Of a stretch of 64,000 bases of DNA, positions 36,541 to 49,274 are shown piece after piece. Every line of letters begins with the position of its first letter. Position 1 is the first letter of the stretch. Under the pieces are notes generated by a model. The model was given only the letters and a program-made list of their open reading frames with translations, had not been told where the DNA came from and did not search any database. This DNA is from Eledone cirrhosa (lineage: Eukaryota), in the NCBI GenBank assembly GCA_964016885.1, contig OZ024762.1, positions 16,554,001 to 16,618,000 of the forward strand, given 5' to 3'. The position numbers were made by a program, and so were the translations under genes.

Positions 36541-37699
36541 TTATGACAAAAAGCACCCAGCCCACACTGTAAAGTGGACGTGTAAAAAACATGGCAAGAA
36601 GCACCCAGCCCACACTGTCAATGTGGTTGGCGTTAGGAAGGGCATCCAACTGTAGAAAACCAGCCAGAAACACCGCTATATGAGAGAGACACGGTCACCC
36701 GACCCAACTTGCCTCTAAAAGGGACCCGTCTAACCCATGCTAGCGTGGATGATAGATGTTAATCGATGATGATGATGATGATGATGATGAAACAACTGGA
36801 AGAGCTGATCATCGTAGAAACAGACTGAGGCCTGTAGTGTGTTGTGTGGCTTTTAATGAGATTAATTTATGTTTGTTGGTTCACTGAGATCTGTTTATCT
36901 CTGGTTGTGTTGCTTTAACACACTTGACAGCACTGCTGGGGGGACATGTGTATATAGTGGAGGGAGGGAGGACATGTGCATATAGTTGAGGGAGGGGGGG
37001 GGGCATGTGTATATAGTGGAGGGAGGGGGGACATGTGTATATAGTGGGGGGAGGGGGGATATGTCTAAATAGTGGAGGGAGGGGTAGCAGTGGGAGGAAG
37101 GAGTAGTGCAGCATTGCTAGGAACATGTCTATATATAGTGAAGAATGGGGTGGTGGGTAGTGGAGGGAGGGATTATCAGAAGAGGGGGGGGTGACAGGAG
37201 TAGCAGTGGTTTGGTACTGGAAGGGTGAGGGGGAAAGCAAAGAGTAGAGAGGGAGGAGAAGATTTCGAAAGAGAGAAGGGAGAGAAAGGAAGGAAGAGGG
37301 GGTTTACATTGAACCAGATGGCCTCTATTTTTTATTTATTTATTTTTATATGCTTTACATTCTTCACAATAAAGTACCAGTAATGCACTGGTTCCATTTA
37401 ATTCACTCGACCCCCACCCTCCCTTCAAATTGCTGGCCTTGTGCCAAAAGTAGAAACAATGATAATTATTATTTAGAGGAATAGGAATGGGCGGTGGAGT
37501 GGCAGTATCGGTAGAGGGTCGGATCCATGCTTTGCAGCATAGAGTTACAGCCCTTTACGTTCTAAGTTCAAATCCTACCGAGGTTAACTTTGCCTTTCAT
37601 CCTTACGGGGGTCGATAAAATAAAGTACCAGTAATACACTGGGATAATTGCTGGCCTTGTGCCAAACGTAGAAACAATTATTCTTCTTATTATTAATTT

Positions 37700-38710
37700 C
37701 ACTACTACCACCACCACCACCACTAACACCACCAATACCACACCACACCACACCACACCACCACCACCACCATCAACACAACCACTACTACCAACACCAA
37801 CACCACCACAATCACCACCATCACCACCACCACCACCATCACTAACACCACCAATACCACCACACCACACCACCACCATACGATCTGAGTTCAAATCCCG
37901 CCGAGGTTGACTTTGCCTTTCATCCTTACGGGGTCGATAAAATAAAGTACCAGTAATGCACTGGGGTAATTGCTGGCCTTGTGCCTAAAGTAGAAACAAT
38001 TATTAATTTCTGTTGTGTGAGAAATAACAGTTAAGTTGGTGTTAATGGTGAACTACCTACACAGCATGTTTTGAATAATATATCATCACCATCATCATCA
38101 CCGCCCCCATCATCATCATCACTATCATCATCATTATTACTGTTATCATTACCAACACCACCACCGCTGCTATCACAATCACCAGCATCACCACCATCAC
38201 CACAATATCATCACCATCACTACCACTACTACCAACACCACCACCACCACCATCACTTACTACCACACCACACCACCACCACCACCATCAACACCACCAC
38301 TACTACCAACACCACCACAATCACCACCATCACCACCACCGCCATCACTAACACCACCAATACCACCACACCACACCACCACCACCACCACTACTACAAA
38401 CACCACCACCACCACCACACTCAACACCGCCACCACTAACACCACCAATACCACCACACCACCACCACCACCATCAACACCACCACTACTACCAACACCA
38501 CAATCACCACCATCACCACCACCGCCATCACTAACACCACCAATACCACCACACCACACCACCATCGCCACCACACCACCACACAACACCAACACCACCA
38601 CCACCACACAACACCACCATCACCACCACCACCACTACCACCACCACCACCACACAACACCACCACCACCACCACACAACAAAACCACCACCACCACCAC
38701 CACCATCACC
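37700..38710. repeat. (CAC)/(CAT)-rich low-complexity tract with a SINE-2 fragment
   Basis: Directly visible. Confidence 0.9.
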
Positions 38711-38763
38711 ATTTTACAACCATTCTATAATTTTCCCCCTTCTATTCTGACATTGTTCTAAAG

Positions 38764-38971
38764 CTGAGCACCGTAAAGGTAAAGGATTCTATGTGCCCGG
38801 ACGTAAGGAAGTATCAGCGACCCAGGACGGCTATTTCAATGAGGCATACCACCGTATTATGGAGGGTGAGGCCTACTCTGACCCCGTCAAGTTAGAACGG
38901 CAGAACAAACTGGATGAAAACAAGAAGAACATTGGCAAAAGCTTCATTCCAGCAAGTGGATTTAAAGACTC
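38764..38971 (+). CDS. CFAP96: CFAP96 exon 2 (EHRKGKGFYVPGRK...QDGYF...RIMEGEAYSDP...KKNIGKSFIPASGFKD)
   Basis: GYF, RIxEGE and KKNxGKxFxP match C4orf47; phase 1 in / 2 out. Confidence 0.9.
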
Positions 38972-38990
38972 GTGAGTACTGTGTGTATAT

Positions 38991-39022
<32 letters not shown>

Positions 39023-39050
39023 TTATATAAATATATATATATATATATAT

Positions 39051-39480
39051 ATGCAAAAGTTTTATTTAAAATTGTTGGGTTACAACGAGTAAATATTTTA
39101 TAACTGATATAAAAGCACTCAACAGTTTCTGGAGTAGGTTTACGATATTAAACAAAAGGAAACTATATTTATAAAACCATATTTATTTCGTTATATATAT
39201 TTCTGGGATATCATATTAAAAATATGGTATGCCTTCCTCAGACAAAATACAATACATAAGCTGTTTTATAAATAATTTTGACATACCTTACATACCAAAT
39301 CAACTTTTTAAATGAAAGTTGCATTATTATAAGGTATGTCAAAATTATTTATAAAACAGCTTATGTATTGTATTTTGTCTGAGGAAGGCATACCATATTT
39401 TTAATATGATATCCCAGAAATATATATAACGAAATAAATATGGTTTTATAAATATAGTTTCCATTTGTTTAATATCGTAT
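39051..39480 (-). mobile_element. Penelope-like terminal element, family P: tail plus ~150-bp inverted arms (39141-39289 / 39330-39479)
   Basis: Arms near-perfect; related copies at 44966-45365. Confidence 0.78.
39371..39436 (+). ncRNA. Hammerhead ribozyme motif (mirror on minus at 39184-39249)
   Basis: tattttgt-CTGAGGA-stem II-GAAA-t-atat-a-TA-acgaaata. Confidence 0.72.
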
Positions 39481-39560
39481 ATATATATATAAATATATTG
39501 TGTGTGTGTATATATATATAAATATATTGTGTGTGTATATATATATAAATATATTGTGTG

Positions 39561-39602
<42 letters not shown>

Positions 39603-39609
39603 TTGTGTG

Positions 39610-39659
<50 letters not shown>

Positions 39660-39666
39660 TATTGTG

Positions 39667-39747
<81 letters not shown>

Positions 39748-40455
39748 GGCAGTGTCCAGTCAGCTGACCATGTCTTGCTCATGCGGGAACTGATTCTGGC
39801 TTGATTTCTACAGCTGGATGCCCTTCCTAACACCAACCTCATTTACAGTGAGTGCTGGGTGCTTTTTTGCCGTGGCACCTCCACGTCCACTTTGCAGTGG
39901 AATGATAGGGACCCCAGTCCCTATCATCTCATTTCTACAGCTGAGTAAACTGGAGCAATGTGAAATAAAGTGTCTTGCTCAAGGACACAACACATCACCC
40001 GGTCCGAGAATTGAACTCACAACCTTTCGATTGCAAGCCCAATGCTCTATCTAACCACTAAGAGCCATGTGCCTTCACATGAAAAATATAAATATATATG
40101 AATAAATAGATAGATAAAGACATACACAAACCTGGATATAACGTACACACGGCCCAAGTACACACCTGAGAATAACATGATGGTGTGGAGAGGGGTGACT
40201 GGTATGCATGGACGAATTGCTGGTCTTCCAACATTGCCTGGACTTGTGCCTCGGAGAGGAACTTTCTAGGTGTAAGTCCCATGGCCATTTGTGACCGAAA
40301 GGGGTCTTTACCCCACCTACCTGAATTATTTACATTCATGCCATTGGTCCTCATGGGTTCTTTCCCTTAGATCACGTTTTTTTTTTTGTTGTTTTTTTTT
40401 TGTTTTTTTTAAATTATTTAGTATTTTATATATATTACCATATCTTTCACTTCAG

Positions 40456-40593
40456 CTGTGGAGTTGGCAGTTATTATGGAACAATAGGTGGCCCAATCGC
40501 ATCACTGAGTCCAGTATTGAAACCTAATCCACCATTGAAACGCACTCTCAAAAATATTTTAACAGCTCCTTCCAAAAAAGGGACCGGATATGG
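40456..40593 (+). CDS. CFAP96: CFAP96 exon 3 (CGVGSYYGTIGGP...KNILTAPSKKGTGYG)
   Basis: CGxGSYYGTIGGP and KKGTGYG are C4orf47 signatures; 138 nt, phase 2/2. Confidence 0.95.
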
Positions 40594-40696
40594 GTAAGTT
40601 ATCCCAATTTTTAGTTTTCCCTTGGTGTTAAGTCTTCTGTTCCACACGAAGCTGCATTAGCAATTACAAAACAACACTATGACTACATCACATTAA

Positions 40697-40910
40697 CCCT
40701 TTACATTACTCTATATATACTATTGTATTTTTGTGGTAAAAGCTTCATCCTACATAATTATCTCACATAATATCAGCTGTACGAGATTTTGATATTATTT
40801 ATTTTGAGAACAATACCTTAACGTCTGTATGAGTAGCCTGTTATGGCAAGTTTGAACAGAAAAAGGTAAGAGAATTCTGGCCGGATATGGCCAGTTTAAA
40901 TGCTAAAGGG
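40697..40910. mobile_element. Compact piggyBac-type MITE (214 bp) with TTAA on both sides
   Basis: TTAA-CCCTTTAC...GCTAAAGGG-TTAA. Confidence 0.85.
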
Positions 40911-40964
40911 TTAAATATTAAAGTCTTTAGTTTACTGCAAAATTCACAACAATCTATGCACTAG

Positions 40965-42555
40965 TAAATATATGATAAACATTTACAGCCGCTAAGAGAG
41001 AAGCTAGACGTCAGGTGTACTTAGCACATTGGGAGACTGAGAGTAGGAGGTTTGCCAATGTTCTGTGACAGGAAGATCAGAGGCGTACGGTGTTCCACAT
41101 TGCAAGGCAGTGTGTCAATGCAAATCAGGATTTTGTTGGAGATAAATGTGTCCGGAATGATGTCGGTGTACTTAGTGTCATGAATGATCAGGAAAAGGAG
41201 GCCTGGAAATGTCATTATGAGAGACTGATGAATGTGGAGAACGAATGGGAGAGAGAGAAATTACCCTCAGTAGATCCGACAGATGGACCAGCTATTGAGA
41301 TTGACGAATATAGGGTCCAAGAGGCGTTTAAGGAAATGAAAAATGGTAAGGCTGCTGGACCGTCGGGGATAGTTGCTTAGATGCTGAAGGCATCAGGGGA
41401 CGTAGGCACTAAACTGGTTGCACACATCATCAATCAGGCTATATATGGCAGTGTCATACCCAAAGACTGGTGCAGCAGTATTCTCATAAATTGCTACAAA
41501 AGTAAAGGGGATGCTCTGGAGAGGAGCAATTATAGGGGTATAAAACTGATGGATCAGGTTATGAAAGTGGCAGAAAGGATATTAGCACAACTAATTAGAG
41601 AAAGGGTCAAACTAGATGAGATGCAGTTTGCTTTTGTGCCTGGGAAAAGTACAACAGATGCCCTCTTCTTGGTGAAACAATTACAAGAGAGGTTCTTAGA
41701 GAAGAATAAGCCACTATACTTAGACTTTGTTGACCTAGAGAAGGCCTTTGATAGGGTACCCCGATCTGTCATCTGGTGGTCCCTAAGGAAACTAGGTGTT
41801 GAGGAATGGCTTGTGAGGACAGTGCAAACTTTGTACAGAGGTACTGTCAGTAAAGTCAGGGTAGGAATGGAGTTTAGTGAGGAATTCCAGATACAAGTAG
41901 GAGTACATCAAGGTTCGATCCTCAGCCCGCTCTTGTTCATTATAGTCCTCCAAGCTATAACAGAGGAGTTTAAGACTGGCTGTCCATGGGAACTTCTCTA
42001 TGCTGACGATCTGGTTCTTATAGCAGAATCAGTAGAGGAGTTAGAGAATAAATTCTGGCTATGGAAACAGCAGTTGGAAGCAAGAGGACTGAGAGTGAAC
42101 CTAGCTAAGACAAAAGTGTTGATGAGTAGAAAAGAGGACAAAACTCTGATTCCGTCAGGGAAATGGCCATGTTCAATATGCAGAAAAGGAACTGGCATAA
42201 ATTCTATAAAATGCACACAATGCAGATCCTGGGTACACAAGAGATGTAGTGGCATAACAGGCAAACTAACAGGTAGGGAGAAATACGTATGCAGTAGATG
42301 TACAGGGAAATTAGACAGTAGAAGTCGCATTGATAGACACATTTTTCAAATGCAGGCGGGTGCTATAGAAGTGGTGGATAGCTTGCAGTACCTAGGAGAT
42401 CAGATTAGTATGGGAGGGGGGATGGGGGGTTCCGAGGCATAGTATCTAGAATAAGGACGGGTTGGAAGAAGTTTAGGGAGTTGCTTCCTCTGCTGACGAA
42501 GAAGTGTTTCTCCCTTCGTACGAAAGGTTGGTTATATGATACCTGTGTGAGGAGC
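40965..42555 (+). mobile_element. RTE-clade LINE with near-intact RT domain and downstream Cys/His finger; in-frame stop at 41378-41380
   Basis: KAAGPSG, NYRGIKL, DLEKAFD, HQGSILSPLLF, LYADD, YLG motifs. Confidence 0.95.
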
Positions 42556-43169
42556 CTGAATTAAGCCGTACAGTGTTTACAAACAAACCGAATATTATAA
42601 TAAATGTTCGGTAAACCCATACGTACATATATATATGTGTGCATGTATGTATGTACATACTACTGTACGTCTGTATATATATATATGTATGTATGTATAC
42701 ATACTTATATTTAGCTGTACGAAGAGAGAGAAATGAAATTTCATTTTTTCCATTTACCGGTACGCCCGGCCTGCTGACTCACTCGATATGCAAATTAGGC
42801 TGCTCAGCCATTAATATGCATAAGGAAAGTATATACTTTCAGACGTTCAATCGACTGACAGGAAGGTATACGGTGCTGATGACAGCTAATAAGCTAGAAA
42901 CTAGTTCATCGTTCCTTTGTCAGTGTTGAACAAAAGGGCAACAATGGTTGCCGAACACTGTACGGCTTAATTCGGGCTGTCTGTTTACAAACAAACTGAA
43001 CATTATAATAAATGTTCGGTAAACCCATACGTACATATATATATGTGTGCATGTATGTATGTATATACATACTACTGTATGTCTGTATACATATATGTAT
43101 GTATGTATACATACTTATATTTAAGTATCAGCCGTACTAAGAGTGAGAAATGAAATTTCATTTTTTCCA

Positions 43170-43172
<3 letters not shown>
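42555..43172 (+). mobile_element. Penelope-like element, family M, with tandem partial duplication; hammerhead at 42872-42910
   Basis: Homologous to 25290-25820; CTGATGA-cagct-aata-agcta-GAAA-ctag-TT-catc. Confidence 0.7.
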
Positions 43173-43225
<53 letters not shown>

Positions 43226-43310
43226 AGTTATATATATGTATCTATATATATGTATAGTTATATATATGTATCTATCTATATATGTATATATATATAGTTA
43301 TATATATGTA

Positions 43311-43347
<37 letters not shown>

Positions 43348-43511
43348 AGTTATATATATGTATCTATATATATATATATATATGTATAGTTATATATATG
43401 TATCTATATATATATATATATATGTATAGTTATATATATGTATCTATCTATCTATATATATAAAATAAAGTTAAATAAAAGTCAAATGATTAAAATTTAG
43501 CTTCGTTTATT

Positions 43512-43566
43512 ACTGCTATATATATTTCAGTGACAGCCATCTTTGGCTGTGACCTCTTCAGGCAGT
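43512..43566 (-). ncRNA. Hammerhead ribozyme motif
   Basis: Minus strand actgc-CTGAAGA-ggtcacagcca..tggctgtcact-GAAA-t-atat-a-TA-gcagt. Confidence 0.75.
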
Positions 43567-43940
43567 TTGAATTAGTATGGTATAGACAAGTACATATGTT
43601 GTTTAGGTGTATGATATTGTCAATACTCTGATATGCCCAGTTCCTTGTTGGGTTGTTAATTCACTGGGGAACTGGAGTCATATCTGTATTTTGTTAGAGA
43701 TGCCTACTGACTGTAGTAGATTTTACTTATATATATATATATACATATATACATATATACATATATATATATACATCATCATCATCATCATCATCATCTT
43801 CGTTTAACGTCCATCTTCCACGCTAGCATATATATATATACATATATACATATATATTAAGATAAGCAGAACAAGTAAAATTCAACCAATTTTTTAAAAT
43901 ACATTAAAAAATACAATATAAATATTTACCTCTTCTAATG

Positions 43941-44022
43941 GCCCTTACTGATCAGTTTCGCTTTGTAAAACCTCAGAAATCCGATGGATTTCTGATGGAA
44001 AACCAAAGCTCATCAGAGAAGC
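43941..44022 (-). ncRNA. Hammerhead ribozyme motif with long stem II
   Basis: Minus strand CTGATGA-gctttg...tcagaaatcc/ggatttctga...caaagc-GAAA-ct-gatc-ag-TA. Confidence 0.75.
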
Positions 44023-44233
44023 ATTTTCCTTTCCTAGGGCTAAACGACCCAGGAACGATAAAATATATGACCTCCTGCCAGCTAATACAAGGTCTTAAAT
44101 GAAAGGTCGTAAAAGTGACCCGTATGTAACATATATATATATATATATATATATAGTTATATAGTTATATATATGTATCTATCTATCTATATATATATAT
44201 ATATATATATATGATATATTCTCTCTTTTGCAG

Positions 44234-44309
44234 CTACCTTGAGGTGACATTAAATCCTTACCCAAAGCATATTCCTGACCCCTATTCCAGCTGTAAAGAA
44301 GACCACCTG
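44234..44309 (+). CDS. CFAP96: CFAP96 exon 4 (YLEVTLNPYPKHIPDPYSSCKEDHL)
   Basis: TGCAG and GTCAGT sites; phase 2 in / 0 out; completes the GYGY motif. Confidence 0.88.
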
Positions 44310-44454
44310 GTCAGTATTGTCACTGGTCACTGGTCACTCCTTATATGGCCACAGACATTTACAGATATTTCATATTTCATTTTCTTGTTGTTGTTTTTTT
44401 TTGTATTTTTTTTTTTTGTTCAATTGTTACTGTTGTTGTTTTTCTTGGTGTCAG

Positions 44455-44652
44455 AAAAGTATGGAGTACCACAAGAAAGCGATGAAGTATGGCCCCTTCA
44501 AGCTAAACATGCACCCAGATAGTTATTTCATGCCAAATCCCTACAAACAATCTTCAACAATTGCCATTTCAAAATCAAGATCAAAGTTGAAAGAAGTCAT
44601 CAAGAACAAAAAACCCATCAAACCATTTATTCCGTCCAATTACGGACACAAG
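44455..44652 (+). CDS. CFAP96: CFAP96 exon 5 (KSMEYHKKAMKYGPFKLNMHPDSYFMPNPY...KPFIPSNYGHK)
   Basis: PFKLNxHP..YF..NPY matches C4orf47; 198 nt, phase 0/0. Confidence 0.92.
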
Positions 44653-44965
44653 GTAACGTAGCAACATTACTATATTTCAGAAAAACAGCTTTTGTGTGTA
44701 ATCATCATCACATCATCATCATCACCGTTTTACGTCCATTCTTCCACGCTAGCATGGGTTGGACAAGTTGTCCTGTTGTAGGCAATACGAGGTCAAGTGA
44801 CCATCTCTTGCTCATACACAACTGATTTTGGTAATGGGGTAGTTCTATACTGTGTTGTTCATTCTCTAATTAAATATATATATGTGTCATCATCATCATC
44901 ATCATCATCATCATCGTTTAACGTCCGTGTTCCACGCTTGCATGGGTTTGGACGGACATGTGTAT

Positions 44966-45368
44966 ATACGATATTAAATAAATGGAAACTATATTTATAA
45001 AACCATATTTATTTCATTATACATATTTCAGGGATACCAAATTAAAATATGGTATGCCTTCATCAGACAAAATACAATATATAAACAGTTTTATAAATAA
45101 TTTTGACGTACCCTATTAGCTGCAACCATTATTTTTGGAAGCTGTCTGGATAGATATGTAGATATGTAGATATGTGTATATATATATATGCAAAAGTTCT
45201 ATTTAAATTGTTGGGATACAACAAGCAAATATTTTTATAACTGATATAAAGCACTCAACAAGTATTTGGAGTAAACATACGATATTAACAAATGGAAACT
45301 ATATTTATAAAACCATATTTATTTCATTATACATATTTCAAGGACACCAAGTTAAATTATGGTGTGCT
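44966..45368 (-). mobile_element. Family P Penelope-like fragments in tandem; hammerhead at 45010-45074
   Basis: Homologous to 39051-39290; minus CTGATGA...GAAA-tatgt-ATA. Confidence 0.7.
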
Positions 45369-45709
45369 TTAGACGGGTTGTCCTGTTGTGGGCAGTGTCC
45401 AGTCGGCTGACCTTGTCTTGCTCATACAGGAACTGATTCTGGCTTGGTTTCTACAGCTGGATGCCCTTCCTAACACCAACCTCATTTACAGTGAGTGCTG
45501 GGTGCTTTTTTCCGTGGGCGCCTACACGTCCACTTTACAGTGTGGGCTGGGTGCTTTTTTGCACCTCCACGACCACTTTGCAGTGGGAGGGGGGGGGGGC
45601 ATATCATCTATATGCTTCAGCTTCGGCTTGTACCCGTGGGAAGTCGGGTGTTCTGTATTACTGCGTAATGCCAGAGGTCTCGGTCTTGTGTCATCGCCTT
45701 TGAGAGGTG

Positions 45710-45750
<41 letters not shown>

Positions 45751-45900
45751 TCATCATCATTTTACATCCACTTTTCCCTGCTTGCAAGGGTGGGACGGGT
45801 CCTCTTTAGCACAGCATCTCTCCATTCGTCACGGTCCCTCGCCATCTTGTCTGCGAAAGCACATGGCTGAGTGGTTAGAGAATTGGATTCGCAATAGTGA

Positions 45901-46582
45901 GGTACTATATATATATATTATATAGAGTACCCTAGGACTTACATATGTACAACATACAGAATATAACACTATAGGTACTGTATATATATTATATAGAGTA
46001 CCCTAGGACTTACATATGTACAACATACAGAATATAACACTATAGGTACTGTATATATATTATATAGAGTACCCTAGGACTTACATATGTACAACATACA
46101 GAATATAACACTATAGGTACTGTATATATATTATATAGAGTACCCTAGGACTTACATATGTACAACATACAGAATATAACACTATAGGTACTGTATATAT
46201 ATTATATAGAGTACCACAGGACTTACATATGTACAACATACAGAATATAACACTATAGGTACTGTATATATATTATATAGAGTACCACAGGACTTACATA
46301 TGTACCACATACAGAATATAACACTATAGGTACTGTATATATACTATATAGAGTACCCTAGGACTTACATATGTACAACATACAGAATATAACACTATAG
46401 GTACTGTATATATATTATATAGAGTACCCTAGGACTTACATATGTACAACATACAGAATATAACACTATAGGTACTGTATATATATTATATAGAGTACCC
46501 TAGGACTTACATATGTACAACATACAGAATATAACACTATAGGTACTGTATATATACTATATAGAGTACCATAGGACTTACA
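45901..46582. repeat. 71-bp tandem repeat, ~9.5 near-identical copies
   Basis: GGTACTG recurs at 45974, 46045 and onward (period 71). Confidence 0.95.
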
Positions 46583-47749
46583 ATACATTGTAAAGTGGTC
46601 CAATTGGTATCATGGCAAAAAGCACCCAGTACTCACTGTAATTGAGGTTGGCACTAGGAAGGGCATCCAGCTGTAGAAACCAAGCACCAAAATTGGTTCT
46701 GTATGAGCATGACATGGTCACCTAACCTAGCATTGGCCACAAGAGGACAACTCGTCTAACCCATGCCAGCGTGGGAAAATGGACGTTAAACGGTGATGAT
46801 GATGATGGTGGTGATATATATAATTGTTTCTACTTTTGGCACAAGGCCAGCAATTACCCAGTGTATTACTGGTACTTTATTTTATCGACCCCATAAGGAT
46901 GAAAGGCAAAGTTAACCTCGGCTTATTTATGTTCATGCACAGAACAAAATCGCTACCATGATATTTCTCTTCTTTTCACACACATGGATATTGCTACATA
47001 CATACATACATGATGGCTGCACCCTTGTTATCGAGTATGGCCATTGCACGATATTCCATTATTAATAATTATTAATTAATTCTATCGTGCGGTGGATTGG
47101 CAGTATCAGTAAAGGGTCAGACGCCATACTTTGAAGCATAGAGTTACGTCCCTTTATGATCTGAGTTCAAATCTCGCCGAGGTTAACTTTGCCTTCCATC
47201 CTTACGGGGTCAATAAAATAAAGTACCAGTAATGTACTGGGTAATTGCTGGCCTTGTGCCAAAAGTAGAAACAATTAATTAATACTATCATGCAATACTT
47301 GTGCGTGAAGATATTTTTTAAAGTGAGGAAAGACTGTGCACTGAGCCAATCCCACTCTCTGAGTGACAGTAGCTATAACCCAAAAAGAAGAAAAGATCAA
47401 CATCATCGGTAACTACTGAGCTGAAGGTTTTATGTCAGAGTTATCCCAGTTTCCTGAGTTACCTTCTCCTAGAAGAATGCCCTGACAAAGGCTAGGGGTC
47501 CTTCACTCCCAGTGGTTTATATTTACACAATTTCGGATGGCTGTTGACTCTTATGAGTTCTTCCGGCCTTTGTCAGATTTTGTTTTTTGTCCTGCAGGGT
47601 GTCCAAAATCACCCTCCCCACCAAGTAAACTTGGTGGGGTTGCCAGTTTAGTCGCCGACGACCCGACCATGTGACAGGTTGTACTGGGTTACATGTTACC
47701 AGTAGCACTCAAGAGTGACCCAACATATACATACCTACATACATACATA

Positions 47750-47925
47750 CATATGCCTGTGATTATTGGGGCACTGGGATATGTTAGTAACTGCCTCAAT
47801 ACAAATCTTGAGAAGCTGGGCTTCACAGGAACAGAAAGAACACAACTAGTTAGGAAACTACAAGTACAATCCATTAATGGAACAGTAAAAATATGTAAAA
47901 CATTCAAAAAATGTTGCATCTAATA
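47750..47925 (+). mobile_element. C-terminal fragment of an R4/Dong-like RLE non-LTR retrotransposon
   Basis: PVIIGALG...LQVQSINGTVKICKTF resembles the post-endonuclease C-terminus of RLE elements. Confidence 0.6.
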
Positions 47926-48241
47926 ACTGCATATACACATGTACAGATACAAAGCATATACACATGCACACATACAACTCAAAACATACACATCCACACA
48001 TACAATAACATCCATATCTACACATGCATGAATACATACATATCTACCTAGTTGATGTTGTGTAAATTCCAATGAGAGAGTCTTGTGTCTATGTTAGAAA
48101 CCGACTCTCTCTCTATTGGTAAAACTTTGTGAAATTATAAAACCAGAAGAACATAAATACATATATACATACATGCATACATACATACATATATACATAC
48201 ATACATATATACATGCATACATACATACATATATACATACA

Positions 48242-48275
<34 letters not shown>

Positions 48276-48561
48276 CATGCATACATAAATACATACACAT
48301 ACATACATACATACATACATATAATACATAATACATACATACATATAATACATCCATACATACAAACATACATACATCAATACATATATACATCCATACA
48401 TACATCCATACATATATACCTACATACATATAAAGTACAGATTAAAGTTTAAGCAAAGAATTTCTGCTTCCACCCTATTATGGGATTTTCTGATACTTAC
48501 ATATACACATTTACTACACACATGCACTTACACATACACACACACATATACACACAAACTT

Positions 48562-48604
<43 letters not shown>

Positions 48605-48660
48605 TATATATTGATGTTGTTGAATGTATCTTGCTGAAATCTATCTAACAACGTTTTCAG

Positions 48661-48836
48661 GATGGTGGTATGAAGGCAGGAACATTTGATCCTTACCCAT
48701 CCCATTCCGATGAAACCTACGTGAAACTAAAAGATCGTCCAATACATGTTGTCAACCAATCGGGACGAGTGTTTATTCCGCTCCAGCGAGAAAAGTCTCG
48801 GCCAACCAACTCCATTCTGCATCAAAACGTTATGAA
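48661..48836 (+). CDS. CFAP96: CFAP96 exon 6 (DGGMKAGTFDPYPSHSDETY...KSRPTNSILHQNVM)
   Basis: GGMKAGTFDPYPSHS and KSRP match C4orf47; TTTCAG / GTAAG; phase 0 in / 2 out. Confidence 0.95.
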
Positions 48837-48899
48837 GTAAGGCACACTTTACATTCTCTTGGTGTGTTGGGGGTTTGTGGTGAAAAACACAGCCAATCT

Positions 48900-49243
48900 T
48901 TAACCCTTTCATTACCATACTTCTAATGAAAGACACTACCTATGTCATTAAGCCTTTCATTACCATATTTCTAATGAAAGACACTACCTATGTCGTTAAC
49001 CCTTTCATTACCATATTTCTAATGAAAGACACTGTCTATGTCATTAACCCTTTCATTACCATATTTCTAATGAAAGACACTGTCTATGTCATTAACCTTT
49101 TCATTACCATATTTCTAATGAAAGACACTGTCTATGTCTTTAACCCTTTCATTTCCATACTTCTAATGAAAGACACTATCTATGTCATTAACCCTTTCAT
49201 TACCATATTTCTAATGAAAGACACTGCCTATGACCCTTTCATT
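48900..49243. repeat. 48-bp tandem repeat of a TTAA-CCCTTT (piggyBac-end-like) unit, ~7 copies
   Basis: TAACCCTTTCATTACCATATTTCTAATGAAAGACACTGTCTATGTCAT. Confidence 0.88.
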
Positions 49244-49274
49244 GCTGTTGGGCTTTTGGTTACAAGCTTTCAAA

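Noticed and set aside
37568-38675. Gly/Val- or His/Thr-rich ORFs
   Set aside because: Trinucleotide low-complexity tract
45901-46582. CRISPR-like regular array
   Set aside because: No unique spacers, no cas genes, eukaryotic context; the same applies to 16636-17312 and 49995-50540
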